NCBI GenBank assembly: GCA_963796965.1
Contig: CAWCNS010000005.1
Span: 650,730-714,729, forward strand
DNA: 64,000 bases
Direction: 5' to 3'
From: Calditrichia bacterium
Lineage (GTDB): Bacteria > Calditrichota > Calditrichia > JAJRVZ01
The stretch's first letter is position 1; each line of letters begins with the position of its first letter. Below the pieces are notes generated by a model that was not told where the DNA came from, did no database searches, and was given only the letters and a program-made list of their open reading frames with translations. The position numbers were made by a program, and so were the translations under genes. Below are positions 12,240 through 22,664 of this stretch, one piece after another.

Positions 12240-12339
12240 TCACGCAAAGACGCAAAGTCATTAAAAAACAAGTCCACAAATTTCACTGATTAGGATAAAT
12301 TACATGATTATCTCACGCAGCGACGCCACGCCGCAACGA
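12240..12339. repeat. Heptad-array element copies (tcacgcaaagacgcaaag; tctcacgcagcgacgccacgccgcaacga)
   Basis: These are the same word family as 8401-8428 and 36696-36722 (tcacacagcgacactaagacgcaacga). Confidence 0.5.
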
Positions 12340-12644
12340 AAATAACAACATTTTTTTATGCGTAAAAGCATCTGATAATATTTTACACTTTTTTGCTTGA
12401 TCACTAAATATTGAATATTGATTATTGAATATTCATTTTACCACTTACTCTTGAGCCGACATGCGCTGGCAGGAACATCCCGTAGAACGGAAACTTCGAC
12501 ATAGTCTGTCCCTACTTGATCATTGAATGCTGATTATTGTATATTGAATATTTTTGTCCACTGCCACGCGACTCTCCACACTTTACGCTCCTCTCTCAAC
12601 TGTCTTCTGTCTTCTCTTTTCGCTCTTCTTTCTACGCTTTACAG

Positions 12645-14727
12645 TTAGCGAATAATCACCTCATCTAAAAACACCCACGCTTTACCCCCTGCTCCCTTAT
12701 GCCACTCAGGACAAATACCAATATTCACAACTTTTATCTTTATATATCTGACTTTTAAATTTATATCATTTAGCGCAATATCTCGTATCGTTTTCTTATT
12801 ATTTTGCTCACGGGCTTCTGGTGCGATATGCCTTAATTCGGTAAATGCCTGACCGTTAGTAGAAACAGAGAACTCAATCCTTTCCGGTAGAAAAATCCAA
12901 TAATTCTGATTTTGCAATAAACCCAGTTTAATTTCTTTAATCATCTGTTCATTTTTCAGATCAATCAGGAGTTCTATATCTTTTTCTTCAACGCCCACCC
13001 AATAGCCATCATCATGGGCAGATGAAGCCCTTATCCCATCCGTTAATCCTGATGGACCATCTTTGCTATATTTTACTTCTACATCACTTATCAAACTCAC
13101 TTTTGCACCAACTCCCATATGGTTAACACTTGTGGTATCAAAAATGGTATTTCTAACTTTCATAGCCCGCCAGATATCGGGATAAACATCATTTTTTTGT
13201 GGTATGCCCGGTGTACTTCGGCCTTCATCCACATACTTTTCCAGCAAACGGATCATTCTATTGGCTATATCCGGATACTTAGCATAAACATTGTTTTTTT
13301 CTCCCCTATCCTTGTCTATATTATAGAGTTGCAGCATGGGCATATTTTCCATCATCGCCCGTTCCGGAGAGAGTGACCACCCGCCTGACCCCGGACAGAT
13401 GGCCAGTTTCCAGTCACCTTTCCGGATGGCAAATGATCCGTCAACTGAATGATGGACCGTAGCTTCACGAATTGGATCATCGTAATCTTCCCCCAGCAAA
13501 GCGGATAGAATGTTATAGTTATCTTCCCCGGCATCTTCAGGAAGATCTTCATTAAGGAGTGCTGCTGTAGTCGCAAAAAGATCTGTTAGGCAAATCGTTT
13601 CCTTTGAGGTGGTTCCGGGTGAAATTTTTCCAGGCCAACTAGGCAATAAAGGGTACCCGATGGCCACCCTCCCAGATATCTGATTTAATACCCCGGTAAA
13701 TATAGCTGGGATAATGACCGAATTTATTGACGGATGAGGTTGCCCCCTCCATGTTAGTCCCATCCCGTCCTGGTGAACCATTATCACTGGTAAATATAAT
13801 GAGTGTGTTTTCATCCATTCCGGTTTCATGCAGAGTCTGCATCAGATGACCAACAATATGATCAATTTGAAAAACAAAATCCCCGTAAGCACCAGCATCA
13901 CTTTTTCCCTGGTAATCAGGAAGAGGTGCAATTGGGGTATGCGGTGCCGTTAATGGAAAATAAAGAAAAAAAGGTTGGCCGGCAGTGGATCGTTCCTCAA
14001 TATAGGTAACCGCCTTATTTTCTAATTCGGATAAAATAGGCTCCAACGTCCAATCTTCAAGCATGATCCCGGGAACGCCATATAAGGTGGATGGTTTTTC
14101 AAGAGAAGGGATTCCAAGGGTCCGATCATTCTCAATAAAACAATAGGGAGGATAATTTGGTACATCAACACCAAAATAATAATCAAAACCACGATAGATG
14201 GGACCATTTTGAATGGGGCGGTTAAAATCCACATTCCAGCCAAACTCAGATCCTGTCGTCTCCAGGGGCTTGCCATCCTTTCCCGGCCACTCCCAACCCA
14301 AATGCCATTTACCAATACAAGCCGTGTGATATCCCTGGATTTTAGAAAAATTCCGCGCACCGTTAACCTATCTACTATCGATAAGCGGACGATCATAACT
14401 CCAGAGAACCCCCTGTTGCAGGGTTGTCCGCCAGGCATAACGTCCGGTTAAGACACCATAACGTGTAGGGGAGCATACCGCTGAACCGGAATGGGCATCC
14501 GTAAAGGTGATTCCCTGACCTGCAAGCCGGTCAATATTAGGGGTTGGAATTTTCGAATCAGGATTAAGGTAACCAATATCTCCATAACCCAGATCATCTG
14601 CTAATATGTAGATAATATTCGGCGTTTGCTCACTTGAATTTTGACTTAAACATGTCACTGTGAAGAACAAAATAATCCATAGTATTTTTGAGCGGACGTG
14701 TCTATACTGATTCACTTTAATCCCCAA
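12645..14727 (-). pseudogene. S1 family sulfatase with a C-terminal F5/8 type C (discoidin) domain, two frame disruptions
   Basis: Fragments 14368-14727 (signal peptide, ADDLGYGDIG, CSPTR), 13639-14301 (sulfatase core) and 12645-13829 (sulfatase C-terminus plus a discoidin-like domain) lie in three different frames. Confidence 0.65.
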
Positions 14728-14949
14728 ATTAAGAAAAATATTTTGATTAAATACGATCTAAAATATTAAGAGACCTACTTGATAAATACAACCCTAATTT
14801 ACACTTTCAACATACACATGCTTCATATAGATTGTTAGCGTTGTATTAAAACCGGGAATTGATTATTTTGATTTGAATACCACAATAAAAGTTAATCAAA
14901 TATGTCCTCCTGTTTTTAATTATAAGATAATATTTATCGGGGTAAAATA

Positions 14950-16668
14950 ATGAGTTGGATTTTTGGTATCAGAGGAAAATCCACAGACAAAATGATTATC
15001 AGAATCAAGGATCTTCTTCCCTCAAACTATATAGAGGTAAAAACTAATAATTTGCATATGTTCTCCAGCAAACCAAATGATACCACTTTTTTCAATATGA
15101 CATCCGATGCATCTACCGGTTTTATGGTCTGTGGTCTGGGAATTAAAACAGTAAATGATCAGATAAATTTCATGAATACCGCGGACTGGAAAGGGATCCT
15201 TAACGGGAGCATTGAAAATACAAGAAAACTAAATGGACATTTTACGGGAATTAAGTGGACGAGCGGCAGTACGATTTTATTTACAGACGTTTTAGGTCTT
15301 CGAGAAATGTATCTGGCCGAGATAGATGGTACTCTGATCTTTTCGACCCATTTAAATTGGATAACAAAGATAAGCGGATACTGTGACGTAGATTTTAAGC
15401 AGTTTGGAGCTGTATGGAATAGTTTTAATCAGATCTCACATAAGAATGTTATTTCTAAGATGCAAAGATTAGGGCCAGGTTCAATTGCTGTTTTAGACAA
15501 TACTACCGTACACTATGACCGCAAACCCTGGCTACCGGACAGTTCTCTATCTGCTTCTCCAGAGCAATTAAAGGACAAGATAAACAAGTTCACACTCTTC
15601 CCCCTGGCCAACAATCGATCGATATCGTTAGGACTCTCGGGCGGAATTGATTCCCGTGTCCTGATCAAGATTTTATCATCTCAACCAAATGATAACTGGA
15701 GCCTGCATACATTTGGAGACCCGGGTCACCCGGACATAAGAATTGCCGGAGAGATCTGCAAAAAACTTCATAAAGAACTGGTCGTACTCAATACAGATTT
15801 ACCCGACCCAAATGAATGTGTTCAGTGGATTAAAAATCACTTCGGACAAAACACCGTTCATATGCCAGCTTCCGAAATCATGAGATTAAGATGGTATCTC
15901 CCTCTCAGACAACAGGATAAAGTCGTAATAGACGGTGGTTTTGGTGAAATTGCCCGCAGGCAATATCTTAACCGTTTGCTGTTAAAGGGTAAAAAAGCCC
16001 TGATAAACAAGGACAGTGAGACCATAGCAAATCATCTAAGACATCATAGAGCGGACATATTTAATTTTGACACAAAAAGCGAAATGGAACACGGTTATTA
16101 TCTACAACTGGATGAATATATTGGTGATAGTCCCGATATAACTAAATTTGGAATGGAAAATTGGGTAGATCTTCTAGCTATACGCACACGACTATCAAAC
16201 TGGTTTGGTTTTGCTCAGGCTTGTGTTGATGGGTTGGCAACGAACTATATGCCCTTTGGCCAAAAGGATGTGATAAATGATATTTTAAATCTCCCGCTTC
16301 ACCTCAGAAAAAACGGAAAATTATGGCGAAATATGATTAAAGATTCACCGATGGATCTGGCGAGTTTTCCACTTGTAAAGGGAACAATTACCTATCCTTT
16401 TAATATATCTACCTTAGGGGCATTGGCCTGGACATCTGCTAAAAAAATGGCAGGTATGTACTATAGAGATTTTGAATCCGTGCTTTTTATTGATCATATG
16501 AAAGAATGTATTTTGGATTTTGTCAACTCTGAAAATGTCAAATCGTACCCGCATTACGATTACCCATCCATAAAAAACATGATAGATAAATATTTTGCAG
16601 GTGAGAAACAGTTAGCCAGACAAATTGATTGGTGGCTTGCCTTTGAACTATGGCGAAGATCTTTGTAA
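14950..16668 (+). CDS. Asparagine synthetase (AsnB)-like amidotransferase / adenylating enzyme, apparently lacking the N-terminal Cys nucleophile
   Basis: The 572 aa ORF has the PP-loop SLGLSGGIDSRVL characteristic of the AsnB C-terminal synthetase domain. Its N-terminus reads MSWIFGI rather than the MCGI of glutamine-hydrolysing AsnB. Confidence 0.65.
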   Translation: MSWIFGIRGKSTDKMIIRIKDLLPSNYIEVKTNNLHMFSSKPNDTTFFNMTSDASTGFMVCGLGIKTVNDQINFMNTADWKGILNGSIENTRKLNGHFTGIKWTSGSTILFTDVLGLREMYLAEIDGTLIFSTHLNWITKISGYCDVDFKQFGAVWNSFNQISHKNVISKMQRLGPGSIAVLDNTTVHYDRKPWLPDSSLSASPEQLKDKINKFTLFPLANNRSISLGLSGGIDSRVLIKILSSQPNDNWSLHTFGDPGHPDIRIAGEICKKLHKELVVLNTDLPDPNECVQWIKNHFGQNTVHMPASEIMRLRWYLPLRQQDKVVIDGGFGEIARRQYLNRLLLKGKKALINKDSETIANHLRHHRADIFNFDTKSEMEHGYYLQLDEYIGDSPDITKFGMENWVDLLAIRTRLSNWFGFAQACVDGLATNYMPFGQKDVINDILNLPLHLRKNGKLWRNMIKDSPMDLASFPLVKGTITYPFNISTLGALAWTSAKKMAGMYYRDFESVLFIDHMKECILDFVNSENVKSYPHYDYPSIKNMIDKYFAGEKQLARQIDWWLAFELWRRSL

Positions 16669-16796
16669 GCGAATCAAAGTGATACGAAAATAATATCCCT
16701 AATATTTAGTTTTGTAGAGATATCATAAACCTTTAATAATCGGACCGGGTGTCCAAAAATCAGGCTGAAAGGCAATAATTTCTTTACCCTTGTTTT

Positions 16797-18387
16797 TTAC
16801 ATCACTATAAAATTCCTCACCTCCGTGATTTTTTCTTTCATAACCGGACTAAACCTCTCCCTATCACATTCCAGATAAGGTCCATAGTACCAACTATTGG
16901 TTACCAAATAGGTAACATCCTCAGCCTGTAATTCTTCCACTGACTTTCTTCTATATCCTGACATCTGATTTTCATAGAGATTATCACCATCATGTATCGG
17001 GGATTGATGCAAAATTACAACAGGTACATTTGAGATGTTTCTGGGGTGCTTTTGATAGGGAAGTAAACGCCGTTTAATTTCCTCTGGAAGTTGCCCGCTG
17101 CTTGCGCCGTATTCTGTATAGCGATGCACATCGAACAATCCCAGATCAAAAGTATAATGATCATAACAGATTTTTGTGTTCCCCGCCAGGTTATTCTTTA
17201 GCCATTCCGTAGCCTTCTCCCTTGTATCCATATTCAATGCCAGAATATTTTGATGGACAGACATTAATAACGAAGGAAGAAACACGAGAACAATCAAAGT
17301 ATTTCTCAGCAATTTTTGCTTTTCTAATTTTCCCCATACCTGGTCCAGCCACATACTAAACAAAACAATCCATGCCGGAAAAATGGCAAATAAATAATCT
17401 ACACCTTTTTTTTGCCAACTTCCTACATAGAGAAATGTAACAAGTAGAGGAATTAGCATTATCAGGTGAAGGGGTTTTCTTTTTATTAAAAAAAACAGAG
17501 TACTGACAAAAAACCCTATCCCAATAACAAGTTCATGGGATAATAATTTCTCTAATTTCCCAGATATAGTTTAATCCGAATTCCAACGATACGGCGCTTT
17601 GCATCTGGGTGGACATCAATATATACCCATCATAAAAGTCAGAAAATCTGAGTAGCCAAAGTGGATTAAAAACCAGAAATCCCACAATGATGGCAAAAAT
17701 GGAGGCGGAGCCATATTTCCACAAATTTTCACGCCTATGTTCTATCCAATGCAGAATAATTAATGTAAATAATCCCAAAACCAGAAAACCGGCATTATAT
17801 TTCATACCTATAGCCAGACCAATAAAAAAACCTGATAATAGGTAATTTTTTCTGGATGCGCTCCTGTATGTTTCTAATAAGGTCAGTATTGCCAATGTAG
17901 AAAAAAGTATTAATAACGTGTCAGAAACAGCAAAACGGCTAAATTGAATATAATAATATCTGAAAGCGGATAAAGACTGCGGCAAAGCGGGCTGTAGTTT
18001 CACCAAATAATTTTTGAGATCGAACATAGAGTATGAGTACTGTTAGGAGAGAGAATAAGATATTAGTCACGCGGCCGGCAAGATAGAATAATGACGGATC
18101 AATTAAATACCGGATGGCAAAGTCACCCGTATTACTAAATATCCCAATTACTGTCCCTGAAATATAGAGAACACCATAGAGTCCTGCCAAAATATACATA
18201 TAGGCCGTTGGATAAATATATATAAGCGGATCAATTGACTGTCTGGCCCCCATCCCCAGCGTCGTTTTAGAAAGAAAGTATTCAGTAGAGTTATAGGCTG
18301 CCGGCAATCCCAAAGAGTCAATCCTCTACAGAAGGCAGATAAGAGAACAATCCAGATAAAGTGATTTTTTTTCAATAATTTGTCCAT
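16797..18387 (-). pseudogene. PMT_2 / GT39-GT83 (ArnT-like) membrane glycosyltransferase, split into four ORF fragments by about three frameshifts
   Basis: The fragments 18148-18387, 17939-18313, 17533-18027 and 16797-17459 are consecutive. The multi-TM N-terminal half contains DPLIYIYPTAYMYILAGLYG...RSQKLFGETTARFAAV, typical of ArnT/PMT-family transferases, and the C-terminal domain is soluble. Confidence 0.5.
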
Positions 18388-18394
18388 TTGTTAA

Positions 18395-18760
18395 TTAATT
18401 ACAGGCAGATCAGGCAGCGCCACTTCTTTAACTGTATCTTTCTCTCTTGGTAAATCTGCCCCCGTATTTTTAAGCCAATATATCAGTAAGTTCCTCAATT
18501 TTCCCACTATTTCCGGATTCGATCCAGCCAGATGCTATTTTCTCCTATATCCTCAGCCAGATTATAAAGTTCCCATTGCCGGGTTTCATAATAAAAAAGA
18601 AGTTTATAGTCTCCTTTGTAACGACTGAAACCGGTGTGGTCCGAAATCCAATTGCCCATCTTTGCCAGTGCGTCCATTGAGATAAGCAGGAAAATGCCAA
18701 AGAGTTCAAAGAGCCCTAATACCCGCAGACAAAGGGCGGTTATCACTAAGAATCCAGATA
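18395..18760 (-). pseudogene. Degenerate remnant of a sulfatase C-terminus, diverged tandem copy of the 3' end of the adjacent sulfatase
   Basis: Nucleotide and protein paralogy to 18793-19150. KGDYKLLFYYETRQWELYNLAEDIGE matches KGDFKLIYYYETRHWELYDLAADIGE, and the upstream part is recognisably similar at DNA level but out of frame. Confidence 0.5.
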
Positions 18761-18792
18761 AAATTATATTTTTTCAATTGCTGTCCAGATTA

Positions 18793-20339
18793 TTATTTGT
18801 CTACCAATGGATCCGGCAGGGCCACTACTTCTCCGGTGACTTTTTCCCGTGGCAAATCAGCCCCTGTATCCTTTAGCCATGTGACCAGTAAAGTCCCCAA
18901 CTCGGTTACCTTTTCAGTATTAATTTTGGCCAGATTTTCGCTCTCACCAATGTCAGCAGCAAGATCATACAGTTCCCAATGACGCGTTTCATAATAATAG
19001 ATAAGTTTAAAGTCACCTTTTCTTATAACAGAAACCGGGGTTGTTCGAAAATCCAGCCGGCCATCCTTACCCTTGCGGGCATTGAGATAAGCGGGGAAAT
19101 GCCAATAAAGCGCTCTTTCTTCCATTTTCCCATCAACAAGTGTTGGGACAAGACTAAGGCCGTCTAACAGTGTATTTTCCGGTTTTTCTGCCTTCGCAAC
19201 CTCAACCAGGGTTGGATAAAAATCTACCGTTATCACTGGGTTATGATTAATACTGCCCGCTTTCCATCACCCCATCCCAGCGAACAATCAACGGAACACG
19301 TATCCCACCCTCCTTAAGAGATCCTTTCCCATCGCGCAAAGGAAATTGATCGGTTATTTCTAATCCGGTTATACCGGAGCGTTCAAATCCACCAAGACCA
19401 CCATTATCAGAATAAAAAATGACCATGGTATTTTCAATAAGTTTTTTATTTAAATTATTGGGATCATTAGTCGTTTCGAGAAAGGCTATCAGCCTACCGA
19501 TATTATCATCAAAACTTTTTATAAAACCGGCATAGGTCTGATTGTCATGATACTTTGTTTTAGATTTTGTATCAAAATAGTGCTATATCCTCTGCTGGTG
19601 CTGAGATAGGTGTGTGTACAGCAAAAAAGGACATATAGACAAAAAATGGCTGGCCTTTATTCGCTTCCATAAAATCTAATGCGTTTCCTGTAATACGATC
19701 ATCGAGCCACTCTCCGGCCTTTCCGTTTGGGGGAAGACCGGGCATGAGGGGTGCATTTCTCTTTGCCGGAAACGCGCCCTCTCCATTGGCGAAAAAGCCA
19801 CCCGTAGAGCCGCCAATATTGGTTCCGGCAATATTAATATCAAATCCTTGTTGATCAGGCAACCCTCCTCCGTGATGACCTCCAAGGTGCCATTTCCCAA
19901 AATGGCCAGTCGCATAACCAGCCTCTTTTAGGACTTCTGCCAGCATAACCTGCTCAAGATCTAGATAGAGTTTATTATCTGCCGCTTCCAACCCTCTTTG
20001 CTCAGGTTTGGAGCGGTTTGGATCCGATACGGTGTACATTTTCGTGCGTGTGCCATACTGCCCGCTCATCAGGGAAGCGCGTGTGGGGGCACAATTGGGT
20101 CCACAGGTATACGCATTGGTAAAAGACATACCCTTTGAAGCCAATTTATCCACATTGGGGGTTTCATAATAATTGCTACCATGTCCCAGATTTGGAGAAC
20201 CGGTACTGACATCTGTCCAGCCTAAATCATCGACGATGATGAAGAGAATATTTGGTTTATCGGTGCTCTCACCTCCCCCCATCATGCAAGATGTTGAGAC
20301 GATCATAAATATCAGAGCAATGAAATTACGTTTTCTCAT
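18793..20339 (-). pseudogene. S1 family sulfatase with two frame disruptions (~19250 and ~19572)
   Basis: The N-terminal 255 aa has a signal peptide, [15 protein letters not shown] and GKWHLG. The middle segment ([13 protein letters not shown]...FYSDNGG) reads in another frame without an ATG. The C-terminal 147 aa fragment is 18793-19236. Confidence 0.7.
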
Positions 20340-20649
20340 ATTTATCCCAATAAAAAGGGGTAATTTTAAAAATTATCATATTTAATTCCCAATTTAGAAC
20401 TCCAAAATATTAGATAATAGTTAATCACCAAAATCTTCATGGTTTTTGTGTTTCCTACGTGCTCCCTTATTACTTCATGACGGACCACGAACATACCACG
20501 AAGTCCAGGATACTAATCGAGAGTCCAGTATCGATATTCCATATTTATATATGATGAATTAAATATTACTCAGGAAAGTGCAAAAATACAAGGTAGGTGT
20601 CATGACAGAGATTTCTCGTATCTCGTATCGTGTGTCTCTCATTTACTCA

Positions 20650-20784
20650 GACAGGATCACAGGATTTACAAGATTTACAGGATTTCATTTTAGTATTTTT
20701 GATTTGGAATTATGGATTTTGGAGAAACCAAACATCCTAAAATCCAAATTCCGAATTCCGAAATATATTATCCTGTAAATCCTG
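20650..20784. repeat. Nested imperfect palindrome built from GATTTACAR / ACAGGAT tandems
   Basis: caggatttacaggat at ~20666 pairs with atcctgtaaatcctg at 20770-20784. The inner pair is tttggaattatggattttgg and cctaaaatccaaattccgaattccg. Confidence 0.45.
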
Positions 20785-20839
20785 CCTGTCCCGTCGGGGT
20801 GATCATGTCAAAATTTTTATCCCTGTTATACATTTTATG

Positions 20840-22558
20840 CTATCTCACGAGTACCATTTTCTTCACCTCCGTAAACTCTCCAGCCTTGATCCGGTAGAGA
20901 TAAACCCCTGAAGAAAGATCACTGCCGTCAAACTGATACGTGTGTTTGCCCGCCTTTTGTTTATCATTGACAAGTGTAGCAATTTTTTGTCCAAGAAGAT
21001 TATATACACTCAGTTCAACCTCACTGCTCAGGGGTAACTGATAACTGATCATTGTTTTTGGATTAAAGGGATTTGGATAGTTTTGACGTACTTGGAATTT
21101 CTGTGGGAATGAGACCTCTTCAATATTTGTGACAGTAACGGGTGCACTAAATTCTGATGTATTCCCAAGGCTATCACGTGCCGTAGCGGTAATATAGGGC
21201 AATTCCGTTAAGCCTGGGACTGATACTGTAAACTTACCCTGTAAATCTGTCATAGTTGAATCGATAAAGATTTGACCTTCATCATCGGAATCAGCAAATA
21301 TCTCAATTATCTGAATGGCTCCTGCCGTACCTTTTATCTCATTTGTTGAAACCGAAGTAAGGACAGGGGGAGTTAGTTCTGCATTTCCGCCATTTCTATT
21401 GTCGATACCAGGGCCATTATTTTGCGAAATAGAATTGCGGGTGATAATATTTCCCTGACAACTCAAACTGTCAACAACAATCCCAGCTACAGTATTATAC
21501 CCGATGACATTCTCAATTATTAAATTATTGGACGACCTGGCATAGACAAATACCCCGCTCCCATTTCCAAAATCAGATTCCATCGATGCATTCGTTCCCA
21601 GAAAATTATTCGCGATAATATTATGATTTGATCTTATAATTGTAATCCCGTCACTATTTGCACCAATGTAATTATCAAATATCTCGTTAAAATCACACCC
21701 CCTTTCCAGATCGATCCCCCGTAAATAATTACCGATAGGGGCAGTTTTATCACGGTTCAAACCGATATAATTGCCAACAATTATATTATGTTGAGCCGAG
21801 TCAGCCAAAAAGATACCTGATTGGGTATTTCCCGAAATAATATTGGGATACGCGTATTCTGTGGGCCCGATATGAACACCCTGCACTTTATTCCAAACCG
21901 CGATTCCAAATTTGTTCCCGGCTGCATTCGTCCCGGAATAATCTGTTCCAATATAACATCCGGAGACCCTGCCAAATCCCGGAGCATAAAATATAATGGC
22001 AACACTTCCAAAATTATTAATGGTTAATCCATATAACGCCGTACCTTCTGCCCTCGTAATAAAACAAGACGAATGAGTCCTAGCATTACTGCCATCGATC
22101 ACAATCTCAGGGCCGTCAGGATTTGTATCCTCACCAATAAAAACAGACTGAGAGAAACCATCAATCGTCAATCCGTTATCAACAATATGTTCATAGGCAC
22201 TGTCGGGCTGAATCACCCATATACCTTTGTTGGCATCATATCCCGGATCGGTTTTTGGAATTTTAAAGCGGATAATATTATTGTTTAAATGCAGAAGTGT
22301 ATTCGCTTCGAAAATGGCTTCACGAAGTGATCCGGGACCGGCATCATTTGTATTGGTGACCGCTCTTTCTTCAAGAATTTTGTCTCCGGTATTTGATTTC
22401 TGTGAATAGATGGTAGTTATAGAACTAATTAACAAAATGAGTGTGAGGCACAAAGAAAAGCACATAGTTTTCATTTTTTTACTCCTTTTGCATACTACGG
22501 TAGTGTAAAAAATAACCACAGAGTTATTAAGATTAAAGTCAAGAGAAACTGACCTCAA
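20840..22558 (-). CDS. Secreted right-handed parallel beta-helix repeat protein with a T9SS C-terminal sorting domain
   Basis: The 572 aa ORF has a signal peptide and repeated GN.I..N...G-type PbH1 repeats. The C-terminal ~80 aa (SGVYLYRIKAGEFTEVKKMVLVR) match the Por/T9SS sorting domain. Confidence 0.7.
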   Translation of the reverse strand: MRSVSLDFNLNNSVVIFYTTVVCKRSKKMKTMCFSLCLTLILLISSITTIYSQKSNTGDKILEERAVTNTNDAGPGSLREAIFEANTLLHLNNNIIRFKIPKTDPGYDANKGIWVIQPDSAYEHIVDNGLTIDGFSQSVFIGEDTNPDGPEIVIDGSNARTHSSCFITRAEGTALYGLTINNFGSVAIIFYAPGFGRVSGCYIGTDYSGTNAAGNKFGIAVWNKVQGVHIGPTEYAYPNIISGNTQSGIFLADSAQHNIIVGNYIGLNRDKTAPIGNYLRGIDLERGCDFNEIFDNYIGANSDGITIIRSNHNIIANNFLGTNASMESDFGNGSGVFVYARSSNNLIIENVIGYNTVAGIVVDSLSCQGNIITRNSISQNNGPGIDNRNGGNAELTPPVLTSVSTNEIKGTAGAIQIIEIFADSDDEGQIFIDSTMTDLQGKFTVSVPGLTELPYITATARDSLGNTSEFSAPVTVTNIEEVSFPQKFQVRQNYPNPFNPKTMISYQLPLSSEVELSVYNLLGQKIATLVNDKQKAGKHTYQFDGSDLSSGVYLYRIKAGEFTEVKKMVLVR

Positions 22559-22664
22559 TGTATGTCAGTCTCTCTTGTAAAAATTTACTCGTTCTTTGAC
22601 AATTCTAAGATTCCGTATTATTTTATAAGCACTACTTGAGGGAAGAGGAAATTCTGATCCCGCA

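Noticed and set aside
14022-14438. Minus-strand 138 aa ORF overlapping the sulfatase fragments
   Set aside because: It is an alternative-frame read-through of the disrupted sulfatase region. The sulfatase frames account for the sequence.
18634-19167. Plus-strand ORFs 18634-18876, 18797-18982 and 18979-19167
   Set aside because: They lie antisense to the sulfatase and its remnant and have no features.
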